From IMG/VR virus record IMGVR_UViG_3300021399_003033, positions 9,619 through 73,618 of that record: 64,000 nucleotides of DNA; one strand, given 5' to 3'. Each line of letters starts with the position of its first letter. Position 1 is the stretch's first letter. Of this stretch, positions 58,456-64,000 are shown piece after piece. Origin of the DNA: a virus. Taxonomy: Duplodnaviria > Caudoviricetes. The notes beneath the pieces are model-generated. The model saw only the letters and a list, made by a program, of their open reading frames with translations. It was not told the DNA's origin and ran no database searches. The translations under genes and the position numbers were made by a program.

Positions 58456-61400
58456 TTAATAAATTCTATTAACAGCTTTTGTTGCAACAATAGACATTGT
58501 ACCATTATATGTTAAAGGTATTGTTAATTTACTAATTAAATATTCTCCTTGAATATTACTATTGGTATCATTAACAAGTATTCTTGCATTAGGTTCTAAA
58601 TAATAAATTGGTATAGAGGTTAATGTAATCTATTCTGAACAATAACTATAATTATACAATAAACTATTTAATTCATCAAAAGCAGATTTAGTCTACGAAC
58701 TAATTGAAAAAAGATTTTCAATATTATTGGTTATATTTATATAAGAATAACTTCCTTCCTATGCTGCTTCTATGATTTCTTCAATATTATCAGTTTCATC
58801 TTTAAAAACAACAGGAGGAGTATCTCTATAATAAATAGCTTTTATCTTGTCATCATTAACAGTTTTTGGCCGATCTCCAATCTATTGGACTCCATACTAA
58901 GCTAAATCTCCACCATAAGTAGTATCTATAAAATCAATCCAAAATATTAATTTTTCTGGATTTGATAAATAAGTTGTCCAATATGTTTCTGGATTAAACT
59001 AATCTGTTAAATAAATTTTTAATTTCTATATATTTCCATTAGAATCTTGCCATTCTTGTTTTTCTTTTGTGTAATATTTATTAGATTCAAAAACCAAATT
59101 ATTTAAATTAGTCCAATATTGAGCCTTATTAGATTCCCATATATCTTTATTAACAATTTCAAATTCATAATCATTATTTAATTGATATAATGGATAATTA
59201 CCTTCCGTTGGGAAATCTGATTTACTATAACATAAATTAAAAAATCCCCAATCATAATAATTATATGGACTCATTGTATCCATTTGTTTATAAAGAGAAC
59301 GATAATTATCAAATCCAATAAAAGCTAATTTATTATTATTTTTTAATATTGTTAAATCACAAATTAATCCAGCTCTATTTGCGATTTCAATCTAAATATC
59401 TTCTGGAATAGCAGAATTTTTTCTTTTATTATAAATAGAAATTGCTAAATCTTTAGCATTAATATATTTATTATCTTCTAAGACGTAATAAATTTTAGAA
59501 TCATTATATTGCTCTAATTCTTTATTTATTAACATATAATAATCATTAGTAATTATATAATAATTCTATCCTCTCTTAAAAGATATTAATGGTTTGCGTT
59601 TATAACCTTCACCATAATTAATTGTATCATATCTTCCACTATGATCAGGATACTATATATTTCCATATTTATAAATTTTATTTTCATTTAATTCTGGATT
59701 TTCCGCACCTAAACGATAATATTGTTCATAAATTTTTGTAGGATATAAATAATCAACATTCTAATCTTCACCATCAGTCATTAATATATGATACCAATAT
59801 CCTTTTTCACTACCATAATTTTCAAAATCTAGCTATGGAATTAATTTATATCCTTTATAAATATAATAAATTTTATTTATTTCATAAGTAAATTGCGCGA
59901 CTCCATTGTTATTATAATAAGTTCTGCCTTTTACAAAATAATCATCTACTTTTATTAAATTATTATTTTTATCTTTATAATAATAATCTATAGCGTCTGA
60001 AATAGTAAAAGCTTCGTTATATTTATAACTTTTTCTATAATATTTTAATTCTTGTGCTAATGCAGCATTATAATGAGTTGCTAAGCTATAATTTGGACCA
60101 GATTTTGTATAATAATTAATTCCTAAATTCTCAAATTGAATCTATGATAAAACTGAATCTACCTAATTATAAACCTCTTTTCCCTAGGTATAATATGTTT
60201 GTCCTTTTTTTAAAGAAGTAGATTTTTCATATCCAAGATATTCATAATAAGAAATTCCTTTAATATAATCAAACTATGGTGCAAAAATAGTAGGTTTTTC
60301 TATTTTAGTTTCATCTGTAATATAAACATATTTACATAAATTATATTTACCATTATTATCTTTATAATAATATTCTTTTTTATATGGCATACTCTAAAGA
60401 TCTAGTAAACCTTTATATTCATACCAATAATAATCATCTTTCTTATCAAAAAAATAAGGTCTATATAATTGCCAAGAATTATTTCCTAAATTTAAAAAAT
60501 AACAACCACTATATTCACCAGTTCCCGCAACTAAAGATTCTGTTGGATATAATTCAGAAGGATGATATATTTCATTTATATAATTTTCATTTACAGAAAA
60601 AACAACATCTTTATAATAATAAGTTAAATTTGGATCTAATCCTTTTATTTCAGTTGCATCATGAAAAGAATATGTTTTAAAAGCTTTAATTTCTTCATCC
60701 CAAATATAATAATTTAACTAATTAGTATCTGGAATATTATCATCAATATTTAAATATTCTATATCTGTATTATATAAAGTATCTCTCCAAAAACCTTCCA
60801 TATCCTAATAATACTATTCATATCCAGTATAACCAGAAGGATAATAACGAATATTTTTTTCTCTAATTAATGAAAGAAAATCATCTTGAGTATTATATTT
60901 ATAATAATCTATAGCCATCTAATATATAATTTCTCGCCAATCTACAATCTAATAATTAGTAATAGGAACAATATCTTCTGTTTCATCACTTCCTATTTTT
61001 TTACTAAATTCAGTATCTGATTTTAAACTATCTGGGACTTCAGGATTAAAAATATAACTATGATACCAAGTTTCAGGATTTTCATTTTTTCTTTCTAAAG
61101 CATAGAAAAATTTATGATTACATCCAGTTAATCCTTGTGGATAAATAGTAGAAATTTTATATCCATGTTCAACAGATCGAATATATTCTTTTTTTGTTTC
61201 TTTTAATAAAGAAGTATCAAAAAGCCAACACCAAAAAAACTATCCTTTTTCTTTAGCAGAATTAATATGATTATAATATGCACTATTAAGATTTTCTGGC
61301 TATGGAAAAATCACAGTCCAATCTTCTGTTTGCCAAGTTTTTCCAAAATTTCCAAGCTATAAAGTTTTTAACTAATATAAATAATAATTAAAATCTTTAA

Positions 61401-62988
61401 TTGAAGAAGTAGGCTAAGTTGCAGATTTTACAATATCATATACTTCCTATCCAGATAAATTTAAATAATAAGACATAGGATGTTCATTATCTATATCAGC
61501 AAAATATAAATATCTTCTTGCCCAATCATCAATTTCCCACCAATCATCTGATAATCCAGTAGGCAAAGGTGTTGTATGGAACATATTATATTTAATAACC
61601 TCTGATGATTCAATTAATTCATTAGCACTTTTTTCATTAACCAATCTATCATATTCTTCTTGAGTTAAAAAAATTTTATTATCCTAATTTTTATAATAAA
61701 CAGGTTTTTTATCTATAGCATATCTTAAATGGATAGGAATATTTTCAGATCTTTTCCCCCAAATGACATAATCATTTTTTATATTGGCAAAATCTGGAGA
61801 ATTTTGAATTGCTGTTAATAAATTACTATCATTAAAAGAATAAATAAAAGAAGATGTATAAGCAGCATTATCTGCATATCTTTCATCTTTTCTATTTACA
61901 ATATTATTCCAAGAGACATTTGTATAAGCTTTTTTTCTACGAAAACGGAATCTTCCATCCACATCATAAAAATATTCAAAATCTCCAAGCATTTTTACGA
62001 TTAAATCTAAAACACTTGTTAAAGTTGATCCTACATTTGCAATTAAATCTCCTGCATAAGTTAAATCTGTTAAGCGATAACCAGCAGTTTCTCCATATTC
62101 AAGTTTTGCTACAGAATATATTTTATATATAGGGTTTGCGGCCGTTCCTATATTAGTATAAATATAAGTAAATAAAGAAGGATCATATTCTAAATTTTTA
62201 GTTCTTGTATCATAAAAAAAATTATTAGCTCTTAAAGAAATAGTTTTCTAAGTAGGCTAATTATTTTCCCATATATTATAAACTAAATCATCTGTTATGT
62301 CATCAAATTTAATATTATCAACTTCAGAAGTCTCATAATTAAAAAATAGGTATAATGGAGTATCTCCTCGATACTCCATTAATTCAAAACCATTCTAATC
62401 TAAATCTTCAATAATAATATTGTGATATGGTTCATTACCATAGACATGAATAGCCTCTCTAATAATATCTTTTAATTTCAAATAATTATAAGTTATACTT
62501 CCATCTTCATTTATAATTTCTTCTTTTCCAAAATCAATGCTACAAGCAGTAATATTTCCTCCAAGATTACCATTTAACATACACATTTTATCTTTACCAG
62601 AAATACTAACTGTAAAATTATTTGTTGAAATAGATGTATTGAAATTAGTAATAATATAAACGCCAAGATTAAACCAAATAATAGAATCATATCTATCATC
62701 TATATTATTAATTAAACCAATATATAACTAAAATTTAGATTCTACTCCCCAATAAGTATCTCGAATATTTAAATTTTTAGCAATTAAAGAAAGAGAACAT
62801 GATCTTTGTAAATTTGATGCTCCATCAATATTTACTGTTCCGCCAGTTACTTTTCCTTCTATTTCTTCGATTGGATTTTCATTATGATCTAAAGAAACAA
62901 TTTTAGCAAAAATTTCTTTTCCATGTTCCATATCTAATTTTGCTAAAAAATCTTTATCTAGTAAAGGATTATTTTTATTATTTATCAT
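58456..62988 (-). CDS. tail/baseplate hub-like protein, 1510 aa, about 33 TAGs
   Basis: AAGGAG RBS; IEGKVTGGTVNIDGASNLQRSCSLSL, FNLGVYII, SISGKDKMCMLNG.GG, FEYFYDVDGRF, KNDYVIWG; C-terminal YLEPNARI.V.D..T.I.GEYLISK.TIPL..NGTM.I.ATKA. Five track fragments are in frame. Confidence 0.75.
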
Positions 62989-64000
62989 AATCTCTATTCT
63001 CCTTTATACATTAATAAAGCAATATCTAATTCTTTAATAAAATCATTGTAATATTGTTTTATTTCTTGCTCATACTAATGTTCAACTTTTCCAATCTCTT
63101 GAATAGTACCACTTTTTCCAATTAAATAACGAGAATTATTATTAATAACTGTTTCATATTTTTTTAATTGTCGTAAATAATTTTGTTGTTCTCTATTTAA
63201 TTGATCCTAATTTGTAATTTTAGAAATTCGTGTCTAATAATCCTATTCTAAAGAAATTAAAGATTTAAAAGCATTATATTTTTCTATAATTTCATTATAA
63301 GCTTTTTTCTTTCCATCAACTGTTTTATTTGTAAATTCTATATCATAAGTAAGTTCTCTTATTTGATAACACATTTCACAAATAACAGCATTATTAAATT
63401 CTATTTTTGTAATTTTTTCTTCTCCTAAATCTTTTAAAGCATATTTATAAATACCATCTAAATCTATAGTATCTTTATTAATAGTAATTTTAGTATTATA
63501 TTCAGAAGAATCAAAAATATAATCTGTCTAATTTCCATCTAACATTTTTCCTGTAAAAACAGGTGTTTGATTTCCATTGGCATCTACATAAACACCATAA
63601 TTAAACATACTATCAACATAATATTGTTCATTTGGTAAATTATAATAACTATAATCTCCTCTAGAATTACAAATTGCATAAATATAATAAGGATCTGCTT
63701 CTTCTAAATTAAATACTTCTGTACAGTCCATATCTTTATAATACTAATCAATAAAAACTGCCTAATAACAATTTCCTGTCAACTAATTAAAATCAGTTGG
63801 TTTCTAAAAATGCTCTAAAATATTATGAGTATTTTCATCTGTTTTTGTTTCAGAAATATAATAATACTATCCTTTATAATAATTTGTCAATTGAGGTTCA
63901 CTTATTGAAACCATACGAATTCTATTTTCATAAAAACTTCCTTGCGGCAACCAAAAATCTTCTTCCATTTTAATAAAAGGATTATTTGAATTATTATTAA
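62985..64000 (-). CDS. structural/tail protein, 5'-partial, several TAGs
   Basis: Open from the window edge and includes track ORF 63528..63731. Read-through of TAG 62994-62996 gives a TGA overlapping the next ATG (ATGA). Confidence 0.65.

Noticed and set aside
258-62132. Short track ORFs antisense to or out of frame with larger genes (e.g. 258..449, 2245..2430, 13092..13409, 22716..23045, 26293..26595, 26611..26901, 40809..41093, 44487..44804, 46586..46906, 54355..54585, 60384..60680, 61854..62132)
   Set aside because: They are shadows of well-supported genes, with no RBS and no recognisable motifs.
386-62988. Reading the fragmented ORFs as a decayed prophage full of pseudogenes
   Set aside because: Every interruption examined is TAG, never TAA, TGA or a frameshift. 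Frames and catalytic motifs are intact, and the TAGs fall on conserved Gln positions.
1-64000. Suppressor tRNA(CUA), other tRNAs, rRNA or CRISPR arrays
   Set aside because: No cloverleaf with a T-loop (GTTCGA/GTTCAA) plus acceptor stem and no regularly spaced direct repeats were seen by eye. The decoding machinery is presumably outside this window; tRNAscan-SE or ARAGORN should confirm.

Overview
A 64 kb segment of a large, very AT-rich tailed phage (Caudoviricetes). The host is probably an anaerobic Bacillota (Firmicutes), inferred from sigmaA promoters with extended -10 boxes, AGGAGG ribosome-binding sites and an anaerobic NrdD/NrdG reductase. The ORF track looks fragmented because TAG is not a stop here. 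In-frame TAGs fall on conserved glutamines (NrdG FV*GC, NrdD SGN*LPF, dUTPase IG*GI, RuvC-like LD*SS). Reading TAG as Gln (translation table 15) gives about 45 tightly packed genes that all end in TAA or TGA. Positions 1-22217 (+) are a replication and nucleotide-metabolism arm: ThyX-like, SSB, AAA ATPase, DnaB, primase, RecJ, RecD-like, DnaE, Gmk, NrdD/G, SH3-3D protein, dUTPase, RuvC-like. Positions 22259-64000 (-) are a convergent late arm: a six-gene cassette of unknown function, a holin, several giant tail fibre/baseplate proteins and a 2526-aa CotH-kinase/LRR protein. TAG use is strongly non-random. The first gene behind each + strand sigmaA promoter is TAG-free, while primase, RecJ, NrdDG, dUTPase, resolvase, holin and most tail genes need recoding. 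No tRNA, CRISPR array, integrase or transposase was seen. All CDS coordinates below assume TAG=Gln. Counts were made by eye and no database searches were run.
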